A stretch of 64,000 bases of DNA from Mobula hypostoma (Eukaryota), in assembly GCF_963921235.1 (NCBI RefSeq), contig NC_086103.1, positions 19,468,001 through 19,532,000 on the forward strand, written 5' to 3'. The stretch's first letter is position 1. The number at the start of each line of letters is the position of its first letter. Position numbers and translations under genes: made by a program. Shown piece by piece: positions 23,845 to 37,499 of this stretch. Under the pieces are notes generated by a model. That model saw only the letters and a list, made by a program, of their open reading frames with translations, made no database searches and was not told where the DNA came from.

Positions 23845-26800
23845 CGCTTTCTGAGAGGCGGGACTGCGCAGGCGTGTGACGTTGGGCTGTGCAGCGCGGC
23901 AGATTTAAAAGGAACAAAGCCTCATAGAGCGGGCAGCGTAGTTTGTGGGCGGCGGAGTGAGCCGGGAGCAGAGTGAAGACCTAAGGGCTTCGGCTCACCG
24001 GGCTTAGGCGGAAGCGGGCGAGGCGAGGAAGGTTTGACATTCATTTTCTGTTGTTAATTGAGGAGAGGGGCATTATGAGTGAGAGGGCAGTTTGCTGTTC
24101 TCGGTGTCGGATGTGGGAGGCCCTGGAGTCTCCAAGCCTCCCGGACGTCTACATCTGCGCCAAGTGCATCGAGATGCAGCTCCTAAGGGACCGCGTTACG
24201 GAACTGGAGCTGCAGCTCGATGACCTTCGTCTGGTCAGGGAGAGTGAGGAGGTGATAGAGAGGAGTGGAAGGCAGGTGGTCACGCCGGGGCCACGGGAGG
24301 CAGACAAGTGGGTCACAGTTAGGAGGGGGAAGGGGAAAAGTCAGGTGATGGGGAGTACCCCGGTGGCTGTGCCCCTTAACAACAGGTACTCCTGTTTGAG
24401 TACTGTTGGGGGGGACAGCTTACCCGGGGGAAGCGACAGTGGCCGTGCCTCCGGCACAGAGTCTGGCCCTGTAGCTCAGAAGGGTAGGGCAAGGAAGAGG
24501 AGGGCAGTTGTGATAGGGGACTCGATAGTAAGGGGGTCAGATAGGTGATTCTGTGGACACAGTCCAGAGACCCGGATGGTAGTTTGCCTCCCTGGTGCCA
24601 GGGTACGGCATATTTCTGATCGTGTCCAAGATATCCTGAAGTGGGAGGGTGAGGAGCCAGAGGTCGTGGTACATATAGATACCAATGACATAGGTAGGAA
24701 AAGGGATGAGGTCCTGAAAGGAGAATATAGGGAGCTAGGAAGGGAGTTGAGAAAAAGGACCGCAAAGGTAGTAATCTCGGGATTACTGCCTGTGCCACGC
24801 GACAGTGAGAGTAGGAATGCGATGAGGTGGAGGATAAATGCGTGGCTGAGGGATTGGAGCAGGGGGCAGGGATTCAAGTTTTTGGATCATTGGGACCTCT
24901 TTTGGCGCAGGCGTGACCTGTACAAAAAGGACGGGTTACACTTGAATCCTAGGGGGACCAATATCCTGGCAGGGAGATTAGCGGGGGATACTGAGGTGAC
25001 TTTAAACTAGAATGGTTGGGGGGTGGGAATCAAATTAAAGAGGCTAGGCGTGAGGAGGTTAGTTCACAACAGGGGGATGGGAACCAGTGCAGAGAGACAG
25101 AGGGGTGCAAAGTGAGCGTAGAAGCAAAAAGTACAAAGGAGAAAAGTAAAAGTGGCAGGCCGACAAATCCAGGGCAAGCATTAAAAAGGGCCACTTTTCA
25201 ACATAATTGTACAAGGGCTAAGAGAGTTGTAAAAGAGCGCCTGAAGGCTTTATGTGTCAATGCAAGGAGCATTCGTAACAAGGTGGATGAATTGAAAGTG
25301 CAGATTGTTGTTAATGATTATGATATAGTTGGGATCACAGAGACATGGCTCCAGGGTGACCAGGGATGGGAGCTCAACGTTCAGGGATATTCAATATTCA
25401 GGAGGCATAGACATGAAGGAAGGGGAGGTGGGGTGGCATTGCTGGTTAAAGAAGAGATTAACGCAATAGAAAGGAAGGACATAAGCCGGGAAGATGTGGA
25501 ATCGATATGGGTAGAGCTGCGTAACACCAAGGGGCAGAAGACGCTGGTGGGAGTTGTGTTCAGGCCACCTAACAGTAGTAGTGAGGTCGGAGATGGTATT
25601 AAACAGGAAATTAGAAATGTGTGCAATAAAGGAACAGCAGTTATAATGGGTGACTTCAATCTACATGTAGACTGGGTGAACCAAATTGGTAAAGGTGCTG
25701 AGGAAGAGGATTTCTTGGAATGTATGCGGGATGGTTTTTTGAACCAACATGTCGAGGAACCAACTAGAGAGCAGGCTATTCTGGACTGGGTTTTGAGCAA
25801 TGAGGAAGGGTTAATTAGCGATCTTGTCGTGAGAGGCCCCTTGGGTAAGAGTGACCATAATATGGTGGAATTCTTCATTAAGATGGAGAGTGACATAGTT
25901 AATTCAGAAACAAAGGTTCTGAACTTAAAGAGGGGTAACTTTGAAGGTATGAGATGTGAATTAGCTAAGATAGACTGGCAAATGACACTTAAAGGATTGA
26001 CGGTGGATATGCAATGGCAAGCATTTAAAGGTTGCATGGATGAACTACAACAATTGTTCATCCCAGTTTGGCAAAAGAATAAATCAAGGAAGGTAGTGCA
26101 CCCGTGGCTGACAAGAGAAATTAGGGATAGTATCAATTCCAAAGAAGAAGCATATAAATTAGCCAGAGAAAGTGGCTCACCTGAGGACTGGGAGAAATTC
26201 AGAGTTCAGCAGAGGAGGACAAAGGGCTTAATTAGGAAGGGGAAAAAAGATTATGAGAGAAAACTGGCAGGGAACATAAAAAACGGACTGTAAAAGCTTT
26301 TATAGATATGTAAAAAGGAAAAGACTGGTAAAGACAAATGTAGGTCCCCTGCAGACAGAAACAGGTGAATTGATTATGGGGAGCAAGGACATGGCAGACC
26401 AATTGAATAGTTACTTTGGTTCTGTCTTCACTAAGGAGGACATAAATAATCTTCCAGAAATAGTAAGGGACAGAGGGTCCAGTGGGATGGAGGAACTGAG
26501 CGAAATACATGTTAGTAGGGAAGTGGTGTTAGGTAAATTGAAGGGATTGAAGGCAGATAAATCCCCAGGGCCAGATGGTCTGCATCCTAGAGTGCTTAAG
26601 GAAGTAGCCCAAGAAATAGTGGATGCATTAGTCATAATTTTTCAAAACTCGTTAGATTCTGGACTAGTTCCTGAGGATTGGAGGGTGGCTAATGTAACCC
26701 CACTTTTTAAAAAAGGAGGGAGAGAGAAACCGGGGAATTATAGACCGGTTAGCCTAACGTCGGTGGTGGGGAAACTGCTGGAGTCAGTTGTCAAGGATGT

Positions 26801-28147
26801 GATAACAGCACATTTGGAAAGCGGTGAAATGATCGGACAAAGTCAGCATGGATTTGTGAAAGGAAAATCATGTCTGACGAATCTCATAGAATTTTTTGAG
26901 GATGTAACTAGTAGAGTGGATAGGGGAGAACCAGTGGATGTGGTATATTTGGATTTTCAAAAGGCTTTTGACAAGGTCCCACACAGGAGATTAGTGTGCA
27001 AACTTAAAGCACACGGTATTGGGGATAAGGTATTGGTGTGGGTGGAGAATTGGTTAGCAGACAGGAAGCAAAGAGTGGGAATAAACGGGACCTTTTCAGA
27101 ATGGCAGGCGGTGACTAGTGGGGTACCGCAAGGCTCAGTGCTGGGACCCCAGTTGTTTACAATATATATTAATGACTTGAATGAGGGAATTAAATGCAGC
27201 ATCTCCAAGTTTGCGGATGACACGAAGCTGGGTGGCAGTGTTAGCAGTGAGGAGGATGCTAAGAGGATGCAGGGTGACTTGGATAGGTTGGGTGAGTGGG
27301 CAAATTCATGGCAGATGCAATTTAATGTGGATAAATGTGAAGTTATCCACTTTGGTGGCAAAAATAGGAAAACAGATTATTATCTGAATGGTGGCCGATT
27401 AGGAAAAGGGGAGGTGCAACGAGACCTGGGTGTCATTATACACCAGTCATTGAAAGTGGGCATGCAGGTACAGCAGGCGGTGAAAAAGGCGAATGGTATG
27501 CTGGCATTTATAGTGAGAGGATTCAAGTACAGGAGCAGGGACGTACTATTGCAGTTGTACAAGGCCTTGGTGAGACCACACCTGGAGTATTGTGTGCAGT
27601 TTTGGTCCCCTAATCTGAGGAAAGACATCTTTGCCATAGAGGGAGTACAAAGAAGGTTCACCAGATTGATTCCTGGGATGGCGGGACTTTCATATGAAGA
27701 AAGACTGGATGAATTGGGCTTGTACTCGTTGGAATTTAGAAGATTGAGGGGGGATCTGATTGAAACGTATAAGATCCTAAAGGGATTGGACAGGCTAGAT
27801 GCAGGAAGATTGTTCCCGATGTTGGGGAAGTCCAGAACGAGGGGCCACAGTTTGAGTATAGAGGGGAAGCCTTTTAGGACCGAGATTAGGAAAAACTTCT
27901 TCACACAGAGAGTGGTGAATCTGTGGAATTCTCTGCCACAGCAAACTGTTGAGGCCAGTTCATTGGCTATATTTAAGAGGGAGTTAGATATGGCCCTTGT
28001 GGCTACGGGGGTCAGGGGGTATGGAGGGAAGGCTGGGGCGGAGTTCTGAGTTGGATGATCAGCCATGATCATAATAAATGGCGGTGCAGGCTCGAAGGGC
28101 CGAATGGCCTACTCCTGCACCTATTTTCTATGTTTCTATGTTTCTAT
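23845..28147 (+). mobile_element. Full-length CR1 LINE, two disabling lesions only
   Basis: CpG-rich 5'UTR. ORF1 24051-25010 has one TGA at 24546-24548. ORF2 25016-26293 + 26370-28049 (APE endonuclease + RT: YLDFQKAFDKVPH, FADDTKL) has a frameshift in an A-run near 26280. The tail is (CTATGTTT)n, and ATT lies on both sides. Confidence 0.95.
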
Positions 28148-28343
28148 ATTACAGAATGTCTCTCTGGTGCTTCCCCCACACTCACCTCTCCCTTGCCCCA
28201 TTTCAAACCATGATTGCCCTCTCCCTGCCCCCTTCCCACTTTCTGTATTCAAAAGAGAGCCATATCAGAATCAGGTTTTTCCTCACTCATATATAGTATG
28301 TCATGAGATTTGATTTTTTGCAGTGAAATACATAAAATTACTA

Positions 28344-28410
28344 CAGTACTGTGCAAAAGTCTCTTGCAGCCTAGCTATATGTATGTGCCTAAGACTTTTG
28401 CACAATACTG
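28344..28410. mobile_element. Tc1/mariner-like hairpin MITE end (sister hairpin at 23573-23636)
   Basis: TA-CAGTACTGTGCAAAAGTC...GACTTTTGCACAATACTG-TA inverted repeat. The two hairpins flank a core of about 500 bp that the CR1 has split. Confidence 0.65.
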
Positions 28411-28579
28411 TAGGTGGAGCAGTTTCTGTTCAATTTGGGCTCCCTCCATTACAATGACACACCTGTTGGCTCTGCTTCCTACGCTTGTACAGGACTCAAA
28501 TCTTTCATTACCTTTGCTGACAATTTGCACCCTGCTCTCATTTTCACTCTGTCCATCTCTCAATCTTTTTTTTAATATT

Positions 28580-28825
28580 TAGAGATACAGCACTGTAACA
28601 GACCCTTCCAGCTGAATGAGCCAGTGACACGTGATTACACCCATGTGAACAGTGAACCTACTATTCTATATGTATTTCAATGTGGGAGGAAATCAGAGCA
28701 TCAGGAGGAAACCCCCATGGTCATGGGGAGAATGTATAAATACCTCATACACACTGAGGGAATTGAACCCTTGACTCTGGTTTTGTAATAGTGCTTTGCT
28801 AACCACAATGCAACTGTGCCTCCAC
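28580..28825 (-). mobile_element. tRNA-derived V-type SINE (other copies about 42430-42630, 49300-49585, 49960-50250, 53380-53645)
   Basis: B box GGGTTCAATTCC and the central ttctccccatgacc..ggtttcctcctgatgctctgatttcctcccaca domain. Confidence 0.65.
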
Positions 28826-29679
28826 AAAACATATCTAAATATCACTTCCTGAAATTGCCCTTCTTCCTCTCAGTCTGGTTAGTGATGAGTGTTCATTAAA
28901 GCCGTGGACTGTAACGATCATCCTTTGTAGTTTCTGCTTTCTGTAACAAAATTCCACCAGCAGACAAGTCTTTGCCTTCACCTTGAATAGTCTGAAATTA
29001 CAGTCCTCCCTGGGCTGCATCATTGTCTTCACCAAGGCACAGCATTTCCCCAGACCACTGCAGGACGTGCATCACCTGCCTTTATTCCACTTCCCTGCTG
29101 TTATCCTGCAACTGAAAGAGACCAATCTACTGAAGCAGAGATTCACTTGCACATTTCCCAATCTAATATACTGTATTTAATGTTTAGAAGTTAGTCTCAT
29201 TGACAGTAGAAGAATCAGAACCAAATGCATATCAGGTGACTGCCTTGTAACAACCAAGAGTTTCCGGTTGCTTGTCACATTAATTCTCCATTCTAACTCC
29301 ACTCTGTTCTATCGACTGGGCAGTTATAATGAGACATAATATAACTTACAGAAGCTGCACATCAGCTGCCACAGAGGTACCTGGCATCCTTCTTGTCTTA
29401 ATATCAAATGTAATGGCATGAAGTACCATGCTTTGTCTTTGTCTCCATGATCTGTCTTTCCTCTGGTAAAATATCAGACTGTAATATTGGTTCAGCTTTG
29501 TTCTCTCTCCACAATCATGGCCCGACATGTTGAGTAATTCGCTCAGCTCTGTCTTAATATCTCCTTTTACTTTCTTTTGTTTGTTTCTGCCTCTCAGTGT
29601 TTAAGACCTCATGAACGACTTGTATATTTATCTCATCTTGTCCCATGGCAATCATGACCTTACCTCTCGGATATTACCA

Positions 29680-30780
29680 CCTTGTCCAATCCATCAATCC
29701 TCAACTCCCTAACCGGAAGACCACAGTCTGTGTGGATTGGTGATAACATATCCTCTTCGCTGACGATCAACACTGGCGCACCTCAGGCGTGTGTGCTTAG
29801 CCCACTGCTCTACTCTCTGTATACACATGACTGTGTGGCTAGGCATAGCTCAGATATCATTTACAAATTTGCTGATGATACAACCATTGTTGGTAGAATC
29901 TCAGGTGGTGACGAGAGGGCATACAAGTGTGAGATATGCCAACTAGTGGAATAGTGCCGCAGCAACAACCTGGCACTCAATGTCAGTAAGGTGAAGGAGC
30001 TGATTGTGGACTTCAGGAAGGGTAAGCCGAAGGAGCACACACCAATCCTCATAGAGGGATCAGAAGTGAAGAGAGTGAGCAGCTTCAAGTTCCTGGGTGT
30101 CAAGATCTCTGAAGATCTAACCTGGTCCCAACATGTTGATGTAGTCATAAAGAAGGCAAGACAGCGACTATATTTTGTTAGGTTTGACGCGATCTGGCAT
30201 GTCAACAAATACACTCAAAACTTTCTATAGTTGTACTGTGGAGAGCATTCTGACAGGCTGCATCACTGGTATGGAGGGGCTACTGCACAGGACCGAAAGA
30301 AGCTGCAGAAGGTTGTAAATCTCATCAGCTCCATCTTGGGTACAAGCCTACAAAGTACCCAGGACACCTTTAGGGAGCGGTGTCTCAGAAAGCCAACGTC
30401 CATTATTAAAGACCTCCGACACCCAGGGCATGCCCTTTTCTCACTGTTACCATTAGGTAGGAGATACAGAAGCCTGAAGGCACACACCCAGCAATTCAGG
30501 AACAGCTTCTTCTCCTCTGCCATCCAATTCCTAAATGGACTTTGAAGCTTTGGACAATACCTCACTTTTTTTAATATACAGTATTTCTGTTTTTGCACAT
30601 TTTTTAATAATCTATTTGATATATGTAATTGATTTACTTGTTTGTTTATTATGTTTTATTTTATTTTTTTCCTCTCTCTGCTAGATTATGTATTGCACTG
30701 AATTGCTGCAAAGTTAACAAATTTCACATCACATGCCAGTGATAATAAACCTGATTCTTATTCTGACTCTGTCCCTGACA
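29680..30780 (+). mobile_element. Rex1/Babar-type LINE fragment
   Basis: ORFs 29682-29954 ([28 protein letters not shown]), 29991-30230 and 30231-30545. Confidence 0.85.
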
Positions 30781-30959
30781 ACTTACATTGTTTTTTTTCT
30801 TTTTCCCATTTCTGAAGATTGGTTTTCTATCTGAAGGATAGCTTCTGTATTTATTGCTGCATGTGATTCATCTGCTGAGTACTTCCAGATAGTTATGTGT
30901 TTGTTTCAGGATTTGAACATCTGCACTCTTCACACATCTTCACAGAAAAGGGGAGGAAG

Positions 30960-31290
30960 CCTTGAACCGTTAACTTAGGAAGCTAGGTAGAAAGTTGAAA
31001 AGCAGGGCCTCCAGGGTAGCAATCTCTGGATTGATGCCTCTGCCACATGCCAATGAGGGTCAGAATAGGAAAATTTAGCAGATGAATGCATTGCTGAGGA
31101 TCTGGTACAAGGAGCAGGGTTTCGTATTTCTGGATCATTGGAATCTCTACTGTACAAAAGAGACGGGTTACACCTGAGCACTGGGGGATTCAATATCCTT
31201 GGGGGCAGGTTTGCTAGCACAGTGAGGGATAGTTTAAACTAATTGGGAGGGGGATAGGCAACTAACTGATAGGGCTGAGGCTGGGGCAGT
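30960..31290 (+). mobile_element. CR1 ORF1 C-terminal fragment
   Basis: ctgtacaaaagagacgggttacacctg (LYKRDGLHL) and the ORF1/ORF2 junction tttaaacta. Confidence 0.7.
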
Positions 31291-32714
31291 TGGTATTTTT
31301 ATCTTTTGTTTTCTCTTTGTGTTGGCAGCATTTTGGTTGTTTGCCATTCTTTGTTTGTCTGTAGTTCTCCATTGATTCAATTGTGTTTCTAGCATCTATT
31401 GTAAATGCTCACAAGGAAATGAATGTCGGTGAATATATGATAACAAACACAGTACAGCATGTACATTAATCATCAATTTGCTTTGAACTTTGACCCTTGC
31501 TACATTAAATTTTACAGGGAGATCCCAAATAAGTGAGCTGGTAAATCGGAGAAAATGTTTCCTCATGAAATGTGTGATTCCATAAAGGAATGGGATCAAT
31601 ATTTGTGAGTTCTAGTTTATCTCTCCCTTGAATTATCCACAATCCAGAAGCAAAAGATACATTCTTTAGTATTTTCATTCACTTTAGTGATAACTTCTGA
31701 TATCCCCAATCCATCCTGAGACTGAATTTTGGGAGGCAACTGGTCCTGACAAGAAAAGTGAGAAAAGTAGGAATCAATGTAACCAGTTGTGTTTGGGTCT
31801 CAGCCTATCTGGAGCAACCTGTGGAAAACTGGATCACCCCCTGTTGCGGTGTTAAGCACAGCTTTGGTCACAACATTTAGGGGAAGGAGTCTGCTGTGAA
31901 AAGTCATATTTGTGTTGTCTCTATCCCCCTACCACATGACCCATCTCCCACAGGTTCTCCTCAGTCAGGAACAGAAATGGACATGAAGCCAACATGAAAT
32001 GGCCGAGCGGACTCAATGGGCTGAATAGCCTAATTCTGCTCCTGTGTCTTATGCACCTCTGCTCTTATTAGATCCTACGTCCCTTCATCGGAAAGAATCT
32101 ACTGAATTTATTTTCATTTCTTCATACAAGTCCTGCTGAAAGGCCTTGACCCAAAATGTAGACTGTACTTTTTTCCATAGATGCTGCTTGGTCTGCTGAA
32201 TTCCTCCAGTATTTTGTGTGTGTTGCATGAAGGATCATATGTTCCTTCATCAGAAAGAATCTATTGAACTTATTTCCATTTCCTGATACTGGTCTGCATG
32301 TTTTGATGGTGAAAAGATCGATAACCAGGAACCAGACTGGGCTTGATCCAACAAAAGGTGGGGCAAATGCCTTCACTGCCTTATACGGGGAACTGGATTT
32401 GTTGGTAATGGGAGGCTATTGACTTGCTGCTCCTGGTTGGATCAGAATCTGTTGCCTCCTTCTGCCATTGGTCCAAAGTTCATCATGGACAGAAAGGGTT
32501 GTTTTCACTTCACAATCATCAAGATAATAATGAAAGAAGGGAGGATGTGATTCATCCCCATTCAGGGAGATTTGCAGCTGTTCAATAATGTAAATACAAA
32601 GAAAATCATTACGTCTATATTCTGTACATATTTCAAGGCGTCTGCAACTCATGTTCTCAGCATTTGTTTGTTTGTTTATTTATCTAGGTATTCCTTTATT
32701 TTTGTTGTCTTTAC

Positions 32715-34165
32715 ACAGATCATCTTCTCATTGACTTCATTAACTTTGCCTCCAACTTTCACCCTGCCCTCAAATTTACCTGGTCTATTTCTAACACCTC
32801 CCTCCCCTTTCTTAATCTTTCTGTCTCTATCTCTGCAGACAGCTTATTCTACTGATGTCTAACATAAGCCCACAAATTCTCACAGCTACTTGGACTATTC
32901 CTCTTCCCACCCTGTCTCTTGCAAAAATGCCATCCCCTTCTCGCAATTCCTCCGTCTCTGCTGCATCTGCTCTCAGGATGAGGCTTTTCATTCCAGGACA
33001 AAGGAGATGTCTTCCTTTTTTAAAGAAAGGGGCTTCCCTTCCTCCACCATCAACTCTGCTCTCAAACACATCTCTCCTATTTCACGCACATCTGCTCTCA
33101 CTCCATCCTCCCGCCACCCCACTAGGGATAGGGTTCCCCTTGTCCTCACCTACCACCCCACCAGCCTCCAGGTTCAACATATAATTCTTCGTAACTTCCA
33201 CCACCTCCAACGGGATCCCACCACCAAGCACATCTTTCCCTCCCCGTTCTTTCTGCTTTCCTCAGGGATCGCTCCCTACACAACTCCCTTGTCCATTCGT
33301 CCCCCCCATTCCTTCCCACCGATCTCTCTCCCAGCACTTATCATTGTAAGCGGAACAAGTGCTACACCTGCCCTTATACTTCCTCCCTCACCACCATTCA
33401 GGGCCCCAGACAGTCCTTTCAGGTGAGGCGACACTTCACCTGTGAGTCGGCTGGTGTGATATACTGCGTCCGGTGCTCCCGGTGTAACGTTCTATATATT
33501 GGTGAGACCTGACGCAGACTGGGAGACCGTTTCGCTGAACACCTGTGCTCTGTCTGTCAGAGAAAGCAGGATCTCCCAGTGGCCACACATTTTAATTCCA
33601 CGTCCTGTTCCCATTCTGATATGTCAATCTATGGCCTCCTCTACTGTCAAGATGAAGCCACACTCAGGTTGGAGGAACAACACCTTATATTCCATCCGGG
33701 TAGCCTCCAACCTGATGGCATGAACATTGATTTCTCTAACTTCCGTTAATGCCCCTCCTCCCCTTCTTACCCCATCCCTTATTTATTTATTTATTATTCC
33801 CCCCCCCCCTTTTTCTCTCTCTGTCCCTCTCGCAATCACTCCTTGCCTGCTCTCCATCTTCCTTTGGGCTCCCCCCCCCAGCTTTCTTTCTCCCTAGGCC
33901 TCCCATCCCATAATCCTCCCCCTTCTCCAGCTCTGTATCCCTTTTGCCATTCAACTTTCCAGCTCTTAGCTTCATCCCTCCCCCTCCTGTCTTCTCCTAT
34001 CATTTTGGATTTCCCCCTCTCCCCCTTCCCAACTTTCAAATCTCTTCCTATCTCTTCTTTCAGTTAATCCTGACGAAGGGTCTCGGCCTGAAACATCGAC
34101 TGTACTTCTTCCTATAGATGCTGCCTGGCCTGCTGTGTTCCACCAGCATTTTGTGTGTGTTGCTA
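32715..34165 (+). mobile_element. Penelope-like element, frameshifted copy of the same family
   Basis: ORF 32890-33426 (DYSSSHPVSCKNAIPFSQFLRL), GIY-YIG region at 33440-33750, and a mutated hammerhead at 34065-34102. Confidence 0.9.
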
Positions 34166-34759
34166 TCTTCTTTCTGTGTTGTTTTCATTAATTCTATCAA
34201 CTTCCTTTGTTTGTCTGTGAATGCATGCAAGAAAATTAACCTCTGGGTAGTATAGGGTGTCATATTCATACATATGACATGTAAGTATTTTGATAATAAA
34301 TTTACATTAAATTTTAAAATTTGAGCTTTAGAATTTCATGATGGGAAAATTACATCATTTTCATGTTCATTTTATTCATGGAACTCACACATGGTGTTTT
34401 CTGTGGTGAAGAGCTCCATTCTTCAATCACACTTTATCTGGTGAAGTGTTTCCAAACTTCCTGCAAGGTTTCTGAATTTCTGGCCACTTGACCAAGTGTT
34501 CAAATAGTCTACCTCTCCAACATTCAGTCCTAAAATCTGCACTCAAAGAAATTTTAAACATGAGAAATTCTGGAACTGCAGGAAATCCAAAGCAAAACAG
34601 TCAAAATGCTGAAGGGACTCAGCAGGTCAGGCAGCTTCTATAGAAATTAATAAACAATCGATATTCCAGGCTGAGACCCTTCCTCTGATCTTGTCCTGAA
34701 ATATCCACTGACTATTTGTTTCCATTGTGTCCTGAGGAATGGTCTCAGCCCAAACTAGA

Positions 34760-35780
34760 ATTCACAGAGAAGTACAGCACAGAAACAGGTCCTTCAGCCC
34801 ATCTAGTCCATGCTGAAACCATTTAAACTCCCTACGCTCATCGACCTGCACTAGGACCATAGCTTTCCATACCTCTACTATCCATGTACCATTGAAACTT
34901 CTCTTAAATGTTGAAATCGAGCTCACATGGATTAGTTGTGCTGGCAGCTCATTCCACCCTCTCAAGATCCTCTGAATGAAGGCGTTTCCCTTCATGTTCC
35001 CCTCAAACCTCTTACCTTTCACTGTTAAGCCATGACCTCTGGTTGTAGTCCCACCCAGCCTCAGTGGAAAAAGCCTGCTTGCATTTATCCTGTCTATAGC
35101 TCTCATAATTTTCTATACCTCTATCAAATCTCCTCTCAATATTCTAGGTTCTGAAGAATATAGTCCTCACCTCTTCAATCTTTCCTTATAACTCAGGTCC
35201 TCCAGAACCAGCGACGTCCTTGTAGATTTTCTCTGCACTCTTTCAACCTTGTTTACATCTTTCCTATTGGTAGGTGACCAAATTTGCACACAATACTCCA
35301 AATTAAGCCTCACCAACATCTTATACAACCTCAACAAAACATCCCATCTTCTGTACTCAATCCATTGACTTATGAAGGTCACTGTGCCAAAAGCTTTCTT
35401 TACGACTCTATCTACCTGTGACACCACTTTCAACCAATTATGTACCTGTATTCCCTGATCCCTTTGTTATACCACACCTCTCAGTGCCTTACCATTCACT
35501 GTATAAAACTTATCCTGGGTGAACCAACGGAAGTGCAAAACCTCAACACTTGTCAGCATTAATTTCCATCTGCCATTTTCAGCTCATTTTCCAGCAGTTG
35601 TGGATCCCTCTGCAAGCCATGATAGCCTTGCTCACTGTCCACTACACCCCCAATCTTGCCATCATCCGTTAATTTGCTGATCCAGTTAAACACATTATCA
35701 TGCAGATCATTCATATAGATGACAAACAACAAAGGACCCAGCACCAATCTCTCGGTATAGCACTCATCGCAGGTGTCCAG
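34760..35780 (-). mobile_element. CR1 3' fragment
   Basis: ORFs 34762-35106, 35167-35433 and 35559-35747 match the ORF2 C-terminus. Confidence 0.85.
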
Positions 35781-37030
35781 TCAAAGGTACAGGGACTGGG
35801 CATCCATAGTAAAAATAAGATGATGGGGGCCAGAGAACCTGAAATCCTTGCAAAGAACAAGAGCGTGTGAGGGGTCACAGATGTAGCTAGGAAGGGATTG
35901 AACCAGCGGGGAATAAAACAGAGCTGAGGTATGCAGATATGAGTTCAGTAGGACAGGAACAAGCTGAAACAATGGGTCTACCTGGACAAGCGGTTTTATG
36001 GATTTTGGGTAGGAGGTGGAAATGGAAGGTGTGGGGTGTGGGAACTATGAAGTTCCCTCCCCGACCAGGGAGGCCTCAAAGCTCTCTCTTTCTGGGCACC
36101 AAACCCAACCATTTCCCCTCCACCATCACCCTTCTCCACCGAGTGGAACTTGTCCTCACCCTAAACAGTTTCTCCTTTGGCTCCTCCCACTTCCTTCAAA
36201 CAAGCATTCGCTTGGGTCCCAGCTATGCCTGCCTGTTTGTCGGCTACATGGAACTGTCTATGTACCAAGTCTGCACTGGTGACCATCTCACACTTTTCCT
36301 ACGCCACATCAACAACTGCGTTGGTGCTGCTTCCAGCACCCTTGCTGAACTCATCGATTTCATCCACTTTGCCTCCAACTTCTACCCTGCCCTCAAATTA
36401 ACCTGCTCCATTTCTGACCCTCTTCTTCCCTTTTTCAATCTCACTGTCTCCAAAGAGAGCTTATCCACCGATGGCTATTGTAAACCAATAGACTCTCACA
36501 GTACCTGGACTATACCTTGTCCCACCCTAATACTTGTAAAAACGCCATCCCTTTCTCTCAATTCCTCCATCTCCACCACATCTGCTCTCAGGATGAGGCT
36601 TTTCATTCCAGAACGAAGGAGATGCCCTCCACTTTCAAAGAAAGGGGATTCCCTTCTTCCACCATCAACGCTGCCCTCAACCACATCTCTTCCATTTTAC
36701 ACACGTCTGTCCTTACCCCATCTTCCCACCACCCTATCAAGGATAGTGTTCTTCTTGCCTTCATCTATCACCATGCCAGCCTCCTCATCCAGCACATAAT
36801 TCTCCAAAACTTCTGCATCTCCAACTGGATCCCACCACCAAACACATCTTTCCCTCTCCCCCGCTTTCTGCTTTCTCTAGAGACCACTCCCTACGTGACT
36901 CCTTTCTCCATTCGTCCCTCCCCACTGATCTCCCTCCTGGCACTTACCCTTGTAAGTGGAACAACAGCTACATCTGCCCCTACACCTCCTCCCTCACTAC
37001 CATTCATGGCTTCAATCCCAAGTGCCTTTT
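35781..37030 (+). mobile_element. Penelope-like element with an inverted 5' segment (35781-36050 minus, 36051-37030 plus)
   Basis: The minus part ends FTMDAQSLY and the plus part starts at the next RT residues (IPxQxGLKAL...LVLTLNSFSF). Confidence 0.75.
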
Positions 37031-37499
37031 TCTACTTGGGTAGTGAACTTGAGTGTAATCCCATCCTCTCAAACTTCCAATGTCTGGATTGTTCACTGGT
37101 CAAAGCTCGGTTACAGTGTTTCAATCAACTGCTACCCTTTTCTACTCAGGCAGTGGAACTGAGTGAAATCCCCTCCTCGCAACTTCTGATGGCTGAACTG
37201 TTTGCTGGTCAAACCTCTAAATGTCGATTGTTTATTCATTTCCATTGATGCTGCCTGATCTGTGAGTTCCTCCTGCATTTTTGGAGTGTTCCAGAGGAAT
37301 TTTTGTCTTTCTACCTTCTTGCTAATTTAGGACTAATCGATGCCATTTCTGACCATCATTAAATTGTGTATCCAGTATTGTTCTGATAATTATCTCCTCA
37401 TCTTTCTCGACAACATAAATTCTTTCAGGGTGACTTATCCAAAACTGCACAAAACTCTTACCTTGGAGAGGTGCATGGACAGGAAGGGTTCAGAGGGGT

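Noticed and set aside
32416-32652. ORF with TTLS...LWTNG resembling the C2 exon motif
   Set aside because: No Cys, no WxC, no matching splice phases, and the similarity is too short.
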